NCBI GenBank assembly: GCA_951406725.2
Contig: OX597820.1
Coordinates: 119,908,001-119,972,000 of the forward strand
DNA from: Octopus vulgaris
Lineage: Eukaryota
Length of the DNA stretch: 64,000 nucleotides
Direction: 5' to 3'
Shown here: one piece after another, positions 1-12,471 of the stretch
Numbering within the stretch: position 1 is the first letter of the stretch
Layout: every line of letters begins with the position of its first letter
The notes under the pieces: model-generated
What the model saw: the letters and a program-made list of their open reading frames with translations, nothing else
The model's database searches: none
Told to the model about the DNA's origin: nothing
Made by a program: the position numbers and the translations under genes

Positions 1-203
1 TTTTTCTATCGACCTCTTTTGGTGAACCACTAAGTTATTCTATCGAACTTATTTCGTGAACTGCTAAATTATTATATCGATCGCATTTGGTGAACCGCTA
101 AGTTATTCTATCGATTTCGTTTGGCTATCCGTTAAGTTATATCGATCATATTTGGCGAACCGCTAGATTATTATATGGAAATTACTTTGTGAACCGCTAA
201 GTT
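1..203. repeat. Degenerate ~34-bp minisatellite, about 6 units (continues off the window edge)
   Basis: Units of consensus TTATTCTATCGAnnnnnTTTGGTGAACCGCTAAG start at 1, 35, 69, 103, 137 and ~168. Confidence 0.8.
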
Positions 204-667
204 AATGATTAACTAAATTAATGTTAATGAAGCTAATATCGAAATTGCACGGTTTTCTGTAAAAATCTCAACTGTTTCAAATCTTATCTGTTCAAAATTT
301 TACCTGATGATGGGCGATTATATATCATAATGCAATCTGCTTTGAATGCATTAATTAAAATTATATGGAAACTGTACAAAATATATGTAGTTGATCTTAT
401 ATTAATGCCGTTGAAGCTACGCTATTATAGCTGAAAACCAGCAGGGCGTGAAGTCCCAACAACCCATGAGCCCATTTCTGTCTCTGATCTTTCTCTGAAG
501 CCTTGCTTTTACGCATTTTATGCCTACAGGCAATATGTCGTTTCGTTATTATATTTATTTACCTGTGTATTCAAGCAAGCACCTAAATTAACATGAAACT
601 GGTTAACCTATATCTCGTTTGAAGTTAGAGCCCACATCTTACTTCAATGCCAACTTCTTTGACAACT

Positions 668-729
<62 letters not shown>

Positions 730-1300
730 CATACATACATACATACATATAAATATATATATATGCATATATATATAGATTCTAGTATATGTGTATATGT
801 ATATATATAGATATATGAATATGTATGTATATATATCCAGATAAATGTATATATATTTACATGCTTATATAGACATACATATATTCATAATTATACATAC
901 ATACCTATACATATATATATATACATATCGATCTATCTATCTTTATATATATATATATATATATATATATCTATATATATATAAATGCATACACATACAC
1001 ACATACCTATATATTCTTTTCTTTTGTTATTGTTTTCAACTAGCGACTCGGTTCATGCCGAAGCACCGCCTTTCAGTGTTCTTCCTTCGGTACTATTTTT
1101 GGTGATGAAGCGAGTTGGATGAAACTGCTCTTCTTCGTGCATTCTGCCGTTTCCACATCAACACCTTGCAGACCTCTCAGGATCCCGGCAGGATGTTTAG
1201 CAGTTGTGCTCTCCTGAAACCCAAGCTGTTGCAATAGTGGGTTCTTACTTGAGAGAAGCGAAAAGACACCTGTGGTATTATGCAGTATATACATATAAAG

Positions 1301-1640
1301 GGTAAAGACCCCCTTCGGTCATGAATGACCATGGGATTGCACCTAGAAAGTTACCCTCCTAGACACAAGTCTGGGCAAGGTTGTTTATGGAAGACCAGCA
1401 GTCGCCCATGCATACCAGCCTCCCCTCTCCACACCACCAGTGTTATCCAAGGGAAAGACAAAGGTCGATACAGCTTGGCACCAGTGACGTCGCAACTCAT
1501 TTCTACAGCTGAGTGAACTGGAGCAATGTGAAATAAAGTGCCTTGCTCAAGAACCCAACACGCAGCCCGGTCCGGGATTCGAGCTCACAACCTCACGATC
1601 GTAAGCTCGACGCTCTAACCACTGAGCCATGCGCTTTCAC
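1301..1640 (-). mobile_element. tRNA-derived SINE, family C
   Basis: Minus strand reads GTGAAAGCGCATGGCTCAGTGGTTAGAGCG (A box)...GAGCTCGAATCCC (B box), then CTTGAGCAAGGCACTTTATTTCAC. Homologous copy at 36661-37000. Confidence 0.85.
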
Positions 1641-1643
1641 ATG

Positions 1644-1735
<92 letters not shown>

Positions 1736-2021
1736 AATAATGAGGATAGATATATGAATATGTATGTATGTATATATATCCATATATATGTATATATATA
1801 TACATGCTTAAATAGACATACAAAAAATCTGAAAAATAAGAGAAAATTCTAATACATGTGTATATTGACAGGGCAAGACTGCTTGGTAGTCGGCTGCATG
1901 CTAGAAATAGATCATCAACGATCAAACTACAAAGAAAGCTCTCTAGAGGAAAAATTCAGCGAACACCAGAACCAAATTTGGCGGGCAGGACAGATGAAAA
2001 TTTATATAAAAAACAGAGTTA

Positions 2022-2098
2022 ATTGCATACCTCGGTGTCGGCCTTTAACAAAAGAATTACTTACATAATTCAAATGTCCGTGGCTTCATCAGTACAAT
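2022..2098 (-). ncRNA. Decayed type I hammerhead ribozyme motif
   Basis: Minus: ATTGTA-CTGATGA-AGCC...GGCC-GACA(for GAAA)-CCGAG-GTA-TGCAAT. Stem I pairs, but there is a core substitution. Confidence 0.45.
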
Positions 2099-2269
2099 CG
2101 TTCAGTGTAAATGCAATCCGCAAAACTAACCCCAGCTTTCTGTGCCGAGACAGACACGTGTTTAGTTTTACCGATGACATTAGGGATAAAATTTCAAATG
2201 TCTTAGTTACGACGCGCTAAAAAATTCCTGAAGCGAAGAACTGCATATATATAGAACTACATATATATA

Positions 2270-2333
<64 letters not shown>

Positions 2334-2337
2334 GTGT

Positions 2338-2579
2338 GTGGAGGCGCAAGGGCCCAGTGGTTAGGGCAGCGGTCTCGCGGTCGTAGGATCGCGGTTTCGA
2401 TTCCCAGACCGGGCGTTGAGAGTGTTTATTGAGCGAAAACACCTAAAGCTCCACGAGGCTCCGGCAGGAGGTGGTGGCGATCCCTACTGAACTCTTTCGC
2501 CACAACTTTCTCTCACACTTTCTTCTGTTGGCCTGCTCGCTTAGTCAGCGGGGTTGTGTCATTTTATGGCTAAAACACG

Positions 2580-2584
<5 letters not shown>
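2338..2584 (+). mobile_element. tRNA-derived SINE, family B (internally shortened tail)
   Basis: GTGGAGGCGCAAGGGCCCAGTGGTTAGGGCAGCGG...GGTTTCGATTCCC head shared with 3437-3725, 5508-5890, 43517-43828 and 61968-62343. Confidence 0.85.
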
Positions 2585-2633
<49 letters not shown>

Positions 2634-2837
2634 GCATAAAGTCATTATTTAATAATTTATCGGACGCCAGCATATTAACAAGACCATAATGTTTAATTTA
2701 TTTTTAAGTATAATTATGAAATAAAATTAGAAGAAGGGCGCTAAAAGGATTACGCCCATACGCTTGAAATACACGCGAAATGGTCTTGAAACCGCTTAAG
2801 TTATAACTCCATTACCACAAGTTTGTAAGCGTGGAAG

Positions 2838-3350
2838 CATGTATTAAAGCGCTATGAATAGCTTTATATGTTGAGAGAACTCAAACATATTCTTCAGGCA
2901 CAAACCACATATCATTACGAAATAAAAAATAAATTTAGTAAATACTAGAAGCAAGCTGAAGCCGAGACGACAACGTATAGAAAATGCAGACAGTAAACAA
3001 CGGAAAACGAAAGGCGTCGACGGAAAACGAAACGAAACTGTCAAAAAGTAAAATGTGCTATCCTCCTTAGGCCTTAAATGATAAGTCTGGAAAGATATAA
3101 AATCAGTCAGGAATATGCCTAAGGAGGATATCACTTTTTTACCTTTTGACACTTTCGTTTCGTTTTCCATTGTTGGTTTTTCGTTTTCCGTTGTTTGCTG
3201 TCTGCGTTTTCTATATGCTGCCGTCTCAGCTACATCTTGTTTCTTCTATTTTTTCAAATTTTTAGTTCGTTATGATATGTAAATTGCGCCTGAAGAATAT
3301 GTTTCATTTCTCTCATCATATGAAGCTATTGATAACGATTTAATACATGA
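2838..3350. repeat. Long imperfect inverted repeat (arms ~235 bp, spacer ~43 bp)
   Basis: 2838-3072 (CATGTATTAAAGCG...ATCCTCCTTAGGC) is the reverse complement of ~3116-3350 (GCCTAAGGAGGAT...ATTTAATACATG), with scattered mismatches. Confidence 0.85.
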
Positions 3351-3436
3351 TCTCTGACCTTTAAATAATATTTATCTCTCATCAGATGGAGTACTTTCTA
3401 GTTGAATTTTCTATTACGGATCAGATATATATATAT

Positions 3437-3725
3437 ATCACCGTGACTGACCAGGCTATCAGATGTTGCTATACATCACTGGTCACAATGCGCTTCACAT
3501 TGTTTTAACCTTCAAATGACGCCACCCTGCTGGGTAAGCGAAAAGACCAACAGAAGAAAGAGTGAGAGAAAGTTGTGGCGAAAGAGTACAGCAGGGATCG
3601 CCACCATTCCCTGCCGGAGCGTCGTGGAGCTTTAGGTGTTTTTGCCCAATAAACACTCACAACGCTCGGTCTGGGAATCGAAGCCACGATCCGCAACCCT
3701 AACCACTGGGCCATTACGCCTCCAC
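3437..3725 (-). mobile_element. tRNA-derived SINE, family B
   Basis: Reverse complement of the family B head and body. Tail is the complete version of the one in 2338-2584. Confidence 0.8.
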
Positions 3726-3917
3726 TTAAATTTAAATAAATATATATATATATCTAATATAAAAAATTTTATTAATGGCCAGCATATCAAAGAATACCTT
3801 TAAAGGTCAGCTTTCTTCGAGACGCGTACTTATAGTGATGAATAACATGATTATGGACGATGTGTCTAGTTTCGGCATATTTGGCATTAGAATCTTTTCT
3901 TTTGCCCTTGTTTATAA

Positions 3918-3985
<68 letters not shown>

Positions 3986-5214
3986 GTTGTATCTTATCGG
4001 TCTCCGGCAAAGACGCAATGCAAGTTGTGAGTGCAAGAAGAAATGACTCAGACTTGAACACGTAAAGCAATGCAAAATGATTCTCTAGTACCTATCATAT
4101 CTTGATGGTAAACTGTCAGCACTTGGATAACTTGGAGAATCTCTTAAATGTAAGGCATATTTGTGGGGAATTTTTATGAGTTGAAAGATAAACCAATTTA
4201 ACATTGTCTTTCCTTTATCAATAGTGTAAGTACGAAAGGCTTTTGGCTCGTATAGTGGACTTGACCCCAAAATATGGTTAAAATGTAATGAAATATGTCA
4301 GCGAAATAGTATTTTCATCCTTTGTGAATTTGTGGGTCCAAACTAATTCGAGTGGCTCTAAGATGTGGGTGCTCTCTTTAACATAGAAAACACAGATAAC
4401 CAGAAAAGAAGAGGAGATAAAGAGAGAAAAAGTGAGAGAGAGAGAGAGAGAGTGAACGAGAGAAAGAGGGAAAGAGCATTCGAAAAGATGTTTTAACTAT
4501 TGATGCCGAATAGATGTAAGACGTACTAATTCCAGGGACGTGTACTGAAAAGGCCGGGAATGGCAACCAACACTCCAGGCATTTTATCCGATGATGTAAC
4601 ACCTCCTCTAATTCCCTGCGTTGAACAAAAAATAAACAACAGTACTTAGGCATAAATACATAATAGTAGTTTTCTTTCATTGCATCGATTTTGTTTTGCT
4701 TTGCTGTACGTGTCTCTTTTATAAATCTTCGAATGTTTTGGAAGGAATACTTGAAGAGAATATGAAAATCACTTAGGAAAGCGAAACAACCAATCCTTTG
4801 CATAAAAGAAAAATTGCATGTCAGGCAATCAATCAGTATTTTACTCAGCTAAAGAAGCGAAAATAATCTTAATCAGCATAAAAATACGAGAGAGAGAGAG
4901 AGAGAGAGAGAAAATATAAATTCCGAGCTGTGGTAATAATATTTGTCATTGGTTGGGTTTCTTCAAGTAAATTCACATCTCATCAAGCGACAACAAAGGT
5001 ACACGTGCGAAAAGCTAAACCTAAACGAAGCTAACAATTTGATGATTTCTCTGTGGTAATGATAGTAATTCCATTTGCAGTAATCGCCGTTGTAAGGACA
5101 GTTGATGGTTCCGGAGTTGTGTTAGTAGAGGTTGGGATTCGCTGGGGGCAGACTGGGATGGAGTTTATTCGATGATAGTTATAATTATTTATTATTTCTA
5201 ATGATAGTAGAGGG

Positions 5215-5385
5215 AAGTTTAATTACATCCACCTCAGTATATGACTGGCTCTTTATTTTATCGACCTTGAATACCTGAAAGGCAAAATTCTGCCTCAGTG
5301 GCATTTGAACTCAGAACGTAAGGCTGGAAGAAATGCCGCTAAACATTTTGTACAGTGTCCAAACGATCCTACCAACACTCCGCTT
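5215..5385 (-). mobile_element. Degenerate family D SINE
   Basis: TTTATCGACCTTGAATACCTGAAAGGCAAA...ATTTGAACTCAGAACGTAA...ATGCCGCTAAACATTT aligns with the family D copies. Confidence 0.6.
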
Positions 5386-5507
5386 CAACAATGATGAAGA
5401 CGGCTTATGTTCTAATGGTTGTGTATCCAGAGATAATGGACACACAACCATGCAAAAGCATGTGAGTGTAATCTATAAGATGTTTTGTTCTTGTTAATTC
5501 TTTGGGC

Positions 5508-5890
5508 GTGGAGGCGCAATGGCCTAGTGGTTAGGGCAGCGGACTCGCGGTCATAGGATCGCGGTTTCGATTCCCAGACCGGGCATTGTGAGTGTTTATT
5601 GAGCGAAAACACCTAAAGCTTCACGAGGCATCTGCAGGGGGTGGTGGTGAACCCTGCTGTACTCTTTCACCACAACTTTCTCCCACTCTTTCTTCCTGTT
5701 TCTGTTGTACCTGTATTTCAAGGCGCCAGCCTTGTCACACTCTGTGTCACGCTGAATCTCCTCGAGAACTACATTAAGGGTACACGTGTCTGTGGCGTGC
5801 TCAGCCACTTGCACGTTAAATCCACGAGCAAGTTGTTCCGTTGATCGTATCAGCTGGGACCCTCATCGTCGTAACCGACGGAGTGCTCCT
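5508..5890 (+). mobile_element. tRNA-derived SINE, family B, full length with TSD
   Basis: A and B boxes present. 12-bp TSD TAATTCTTTGGG at 5495-5506 and 5893-5904. Confidence 0.9.
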
Positions 5891-6264
5891 AATAATTCTT
5901 TGGGTATAGCGTTCAAGATGTAGTCATTCGAATTTATTACGGACCATTTCGAAGTGTTTTACTGAAGACGAGCTTTCCCCATTGAAAAGGGTAGTGTGTT
6001 ATTTGAGAACAATTTGACAGTCAGTTCTAGCAGTGTGATTGCGGTTGCCAGGGTGGTGCTGTTATAAAAACCATGGTTAACTTCCCTATTAATTCTGATA
6101 AAGCAGAATCTATGACCATCTCATCTTAATATTTATCATACATTTATTAACCTATTCTCCTTCAAAAACAATGAATTGGGATTTAACTATGATTTCTAGC
6201 AAGTAATTCAATCATTAAAATACTCGCACTGATAAAGGCGGGATGTATCCCACCAACGGAGACA

Positions 6265-6330
<66 letters not shown>

Positions 6331-6334
<4 letters not shown>

Positions 6335-6772
6335 TGGTAGAATGTGTTAATAAAACATATTTTTCTCTTGGCTTTATTGATAAAATTCTATAGTTTGTAA
6401 GATATTTGTTGTCTTTTTTTTTCTGCAATTTCAACCAATCAGTGACGTCTATTGAGTTAAAAAGCATTCTGTGCTCTATGAATATGTCCCTCGTTTAAGA
6501 AACAGATTGGGTTTATTAACATTTACAGATACCCTTCCTCCCACTCCTTCATACGGCACAGAATGTTGTTTACCTCAATGGACGTCAGTGATTGGTTGAA
6601 ATTTCAGAAATTGAAGAAAGAAACAACAAATACCTTACAAACTATAGAATTTTCTCAATAAAGCCAAGAGAAAAAGACGTTTTATAAACACATTCTACCA
6701 GTATACGAAGTTTAAAATGTTTTAGTTACCCAGAAATTATGTTAAAAACTGCCGTTCAAACCGAAAAGATCC
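6331..6772. mobile_element. Two partial, mutually inverted copies of the GGATCTTTTCGG-TIR MITE
   Basis: 6331-6548 matches the interior of 39718-40157. 6549-6772 is the opposite orientation and ends in the TIR AAAAACTGCCGTTCAAACCGAAAAGATCC. Confidence 0.8.
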
Positions 6773-7436
6773 AAAGTTTGTCTTGCATCTATTTATTTTA
6801 ATTAGCAATATATTTTGGCTAAACTATTACGCTAGAGTTTTTATGGAATACTCACACATGCATTATAGTTTTCAAAAATATTTATACAACAGATGTCTGT
6901 TGAAACCAATTGGCGAATTTTTGAAAATATTGTCACATTTTTAGTACACATATACTTACATACGCTACGTACATACGTACGCACCTAAGTACCTACGTAC
7001 GCAAGTACCTACGTACGTACCTACCTCCCTACCTAATTGCCTGCATACATACATACATGTGTATATGTGTGTGTGTGTTTGTGTGTGCGTGTGTGTGTGT
7101 GTGTGTGTGTGCATAATGTATATGTAATTTTTATACGTTATCTACTTCTCCCTCTTTTTCTCTTCGTGGAAAATGTTAATGGACAAATTTTGCATATCAT
7201 TTTTATTTGTTCCTGAATTTGTATCTCAAATATACTTTTCTCTGATTTCTCAAACTCTTTCTGCTTCTTCTATTTCCTCCATACTAAACGTACTCATTTA
7301 TATATTATATTATGCATGGCTCTCTCCGTTTCTCTATTCAAACTCTAGCAATTATCTTCATAGTGAATTTCTGACGCAATCTTACATTTTCTTTTCGCAT
7401 ATTTAAAGGTTTCCACTTTCAAACTCCACTGCTCTT

Positions 7437-7526
<90 letters not shown>

Positions 7527-7644
7527 CTTTTTCTTCCCCGGTTGTCTGTAACTGATTGTTTAAAAACAGTTTACCTATTTGATTTTTGATGTGTGTGTGT
7601 CTGTATGTACGTGTATATGTGTGCATATACGTCAGTCTGAGTGT

Positions 7645-7785
7645 ATGTATGTATGCATGTATGTATGTATGTATGTATGCATGTATGTATGTATGTATGC
7701 ATGTATGTATGTATGTATGTATGTATGTATGTATGTATGTATGTATGTATGTATGTATGTATGTATGTATGTATGTATGTATGTA
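7645..7785. repeat. (TATG)n microsatellite
   Basis: Direct reading. Confidence 0.95.
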
Positions 7786-8288
7786 TCTATACGAGTATAA
7801 AGCATGAAAAAACAGACAGACATTTTCATCTGCGATTTAATAATCTGTCTCCCCGTTTCATTTCTCTTTTCTTCTCTCCTCTCCCTGTTTATTTACATAT
7901 TTGTATTGAAGTATAAATATCTGCCTCTCTCTCTCTCTCACACACACACATATATATATCATATGTGCGTCTGTGTGTAAGTGTGTTTATATATATATAT
8001 ATGTATTTATGTATGTATATATATACTTAAACATATATATGTTTATGTATATATATACACATATATATACATAAACGCTTATTTATGTATATATATATAT
8101 ATATATATATATAAATGTTTATGTATATATATGCTTCCCTGTCTGTAATAGCATGCTCACGTATGTATGTATGCAAGCAAGTGTATCCATATCTGCATAC
8201 GCATACATCGCATTCCATCATGTCCTCACAGGAAACATCCATGCAGAATATACATACGTACCTACATACATACATATATACATACATA

Positions 8289-8349
<61 letters not shown>

Positions 8350-9661
8350 GATATACATTATATACATGGGTGGGTGGCTGGGTGTTATATACATATATAT
8401 ATGCACATGCATATATGCACTCAGACATATGAATATGCATGTGTTGTATGGGTAGTTTTCGTTTGTGCATATGTGTATGTTTGTATGTTAATGTGCATAT
8501 ATGTGCGTGTGTATCTGTGTATGTGTATCTGTGCGTGTGTGTATGAGTGCGTGTTTCTATTCGTGTGAGCACTTGAGTACTTATCCATCAATCGATTCGA
8601 AAGTGCAGCTGCGAAGTTGACATCGGATTGGCTTGTCCTGTAATCACTTATAAACTTGTGCACATAGCTTTAATTAACTTTCTCTCCAGAACGGAATGAA
8701 TTTCACACTTGACAGAAACAAGTCTGCTGCTCTACGGCTGAAAACTTGAAGACCAAACATTAAACGGATCAGGCCGCCACACGTCTAAGAAATCTTCTGT
8801 CACATTCAGACAGAACAATCAGTTCCTGGCACCACTTCAGACTGAAACTCCAAAAATAGGGTTGATTAAATTAACCTTCTAGTTGGTTAAAATTTGAATC
8901 GACTTCCTTTACCATTTGTGCAAACGGATTATATCCATTAATGGCGACTAGTTTCCGATTTTTAGACATGATAGGTCTGACATTTTCTTATACGTATTTT
9001 TTTTCTGTTCCCATATTTCTTTATTATCTTATTTTTCTTTCAGCTGAAAATTCACTTCGTAACATCCCCTCTTATCTGTCTTTCTCTCCACTTAGCAACC
9101 TCTCTCTCTCTATCCGGCCACTTTTCTACTATTTCTCCATCTGCCTTTATACTTTCAAAAGTGCGTCTGAATTATTTTTCAGACTTCGTCTCATTTAGAT
9201 TTCTAAATATAATGCAAAATTCTTTTAAAATATTTCTTTTTTCGCAGTATATTGCGTTCAATTTCCTTTATTGAATTTTCTTGCAGCCTGTTTTCAGATT
9301 TATGGCCCTACTGCCACCTACAACGATGGATATAATATTAAAATCAAATACCCGCCAACGCCAAAAAACAAAACAAAAAAAAATGTTCCAGTATTTTTTC
9401 CGATTCCTACTCACTTTCCTAACTCCTAAGTTTCCTGATTTGTCTTTCTTAAAATTGTCATTTTAATGGCGTAGCCAAATGCAACTCCTTTTTCAGAATT
9501 TATCTTCATTTACTTCGACTATTTCGAATTCATTTGTCTCTGAATATCATCATCATTCTACACAAGCCAGGCTTCTGTAGTTTATATTACAAACACGCGC
9601 GCACACATACACACATACATATATAGGTATATGCGCATACTAAGATATATACACATAGAAT

Positions 9662-9809
9662 AGGCGTGGGAGTGGCTGCGTGTTAAGCAGCTTGCTTAGC
9701 AACCACATGGTTCCGGGTTCACTCCCACTGCGTGGTAATTTGGGCAATTGTCTTCTGCTATAGCTTCGGGTCGACCAAATACTTGTGAGTGGATTTGGTA
9801 GAAAGAAGC

Positions 9810-9878
<69 letters not shown>

Positions 9879-10082
9879 GTTTGTGTTTGTCCCCCCACCC
9901 ACCATCACTTGACACCCGATGCTGGTGAGTTTACGTCCCCGTAAAATAGCGGTTCGGTAAATGAGACCGCTAGAATGAGTACTAGGCTTACAAAGAATAA
10001 GTCCCGGGGTCGAGTTGCTCGACTAAAGGGGGCCCTCAAGCATAGCCGCAGTCAAATGACTGAAACAAATAAAAGAATAAAA

Positions 10083-10083
<1 letters not shown>
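9662..10083 (+). mobile_element. tRNA-derived SINE, family A, with internal (TA)n(TG)n
   Basis: GGAGTGGCTGCGTGTTAAG...GGGTTCACTCCC head, CORE-like TTGGGCAAxTGTCTTC, internal microsatellite, tail GTCAAATGACTGAAACAA-TAAAAGA. Six copies in the window. Confidence 0.85.
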
Positions 10084-10135
<52 letters not shown>

Positions 10136-10899
10136 CACATAACAAATAGTGAGTGATTATCAATCGGGGCAAAATGCTTCATAATAACTCTGATGGCAAA
10201 CCAGACTTGTAATATTACTTAGATTAGTGAAGAATTCCAGGTAATCATTTGGTAGGTTCCGCGGTTACTGTTCATCACAATTGTTCGTTGTAAATCCATG
10301 GATGGTTTCCAGACAAACTGGTTGTTCACGCAGTGTTATATAAGAAACAACTTGAAAATAATGTTCATAACATATTCCTCTTTTGGAGCAAATTTGCCTT
10401 ACAGCTGTTTCCAGTAGCCATCATAGGTACATTACTGATAGGTTTACTCAGTTGGCATATTGATCAATTGTGGCAAATTGAACGACCTTCCAAAATTAAT
10501 GCTAATCTTGTCAGAGCCATTTCTGGTTATCACAAACACTGGAGGAATGCATCAACTTTTGAGGAAAGTCAGAGGAGATGATTGAAAGTAGAATTGAGAA
10601 CAGGGAACGTTATCGTGGGATAAAAGAAGATAAGAGAATCGTACAGGAGGTACTTACTAGAAATAGGGGCATTGCATTGCTAAATTTGGAAGAAAGACAC
10701 TCTGAAACAATAAGTGCTTGCAGTCAGGTCGGCACCGACTACCATCATATCAGCATTGTATGTACTTTGGATATTCTCCAGCCATTGTGTTGAAATTTGA
10801 TATGAGATTTTTGTGGACATGATCAGTCTAAGAATGTAATGTTCATTTTTATATCTAGCATAGTGAGTTAAAAATGAGAGAAAGTGCAGGAGTACTATT

Positions 10900-11070
10900 T
10901 TTGGTCATATTGTAGGGTCATGAAAGAAAACCAACAACATAAGGGGAAAGAAGAAAGATAATTCACAGCGACAATGCTCTTCTGAATACGTGCGACTTTG
11001 CAGTTAAGACAATTCTTTTTGCATTTCTTGCTCGGATGGCAAACCAGGAATTATCCTCATCAAAGTTTCA
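10900..11070 (-). mobile_element. Degenerate 3' end of an R4/Dong-type LINE
   Basis: Minus translation RIIPGLPSEQEMQK then, after a frameshift, SHVFRRALSL*. Matches the C-termini of the other RLE fragments here. Confidence 0.6.
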
Positions 11071-11097
11071 GCTGCTGTTGTTGTTATGTTGTTGTTG

Positions 11098-11870
<773 letters not shown>

Positions 11871-12436
11871 GTGTGAGAGATCAGTGCACGCCATCAAAGT
11901 GACACTAGGGTAAAATATACGAAGCCCAGTATACCCATCATGACTACCCGTCTGACAAGGGTACACTAGGCACATGCATCACAACCATATGTGCGCGACA
12001 TGGTGATCTCATTTCAAAATAAACAGCATATGACCTTGCAGGTGGGGCTCAGTTAGAATTTTTTCTGGTCGAGTAACCCATCCCGCTCAATAAATGTCCC
12101 TGAATAAGAGTTGTTTAAGGATGTTGAACGAAATACCCATATTTCCAGAGATGAATTATTCAAACCCCAAAGAATCCCTCTCAACACATGGCTATGATGC
12201 CCCCACCCCCGCCCACTACTTCTGCTCGTAATCAGAGATGTATATATCGTCAGCCACTAAGGGATATGCTCAACTGGTTAAGGTCAAACAACTGACAAGC
12301 AAATCTATGGTATTGAGCAGAATATTTGCTGTAGCCCATCTTTTATACCAAGACAAAACAATGTAGATGGTAACACTTGCAATCAGTTAAGATTAGAAGT
12401 CATGAGGGCGACCGCCTGGTACTGCAAGAGGGCTTT
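11871..12436 (-). mobile_element. ~565-bp non-coding interspersed repeat embedded in (TAA)n
   Basis: Second copy at 19548-20262. Flanked by (TTA)n on both sides. No ORF or TIR. Strand inferred from a presumed (TAA)n tail. Confidence 0.7.
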
Positions 12437-12471
12437 TATTATTATTATTATTATTGTAATTATTATTATTA

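Noticed and set aside
298-382. CTGATGA...GAAACTGTA hammerhead candidate
   Set aside because: Stem I and the base of stem II do not pair convincingly; at best a heavily decayed relic
2338-2420. tRNA genes at SINE heads
   Set aside because: A and B boxes are present, but there is no acceptor stem closure and each continues into a SINE body
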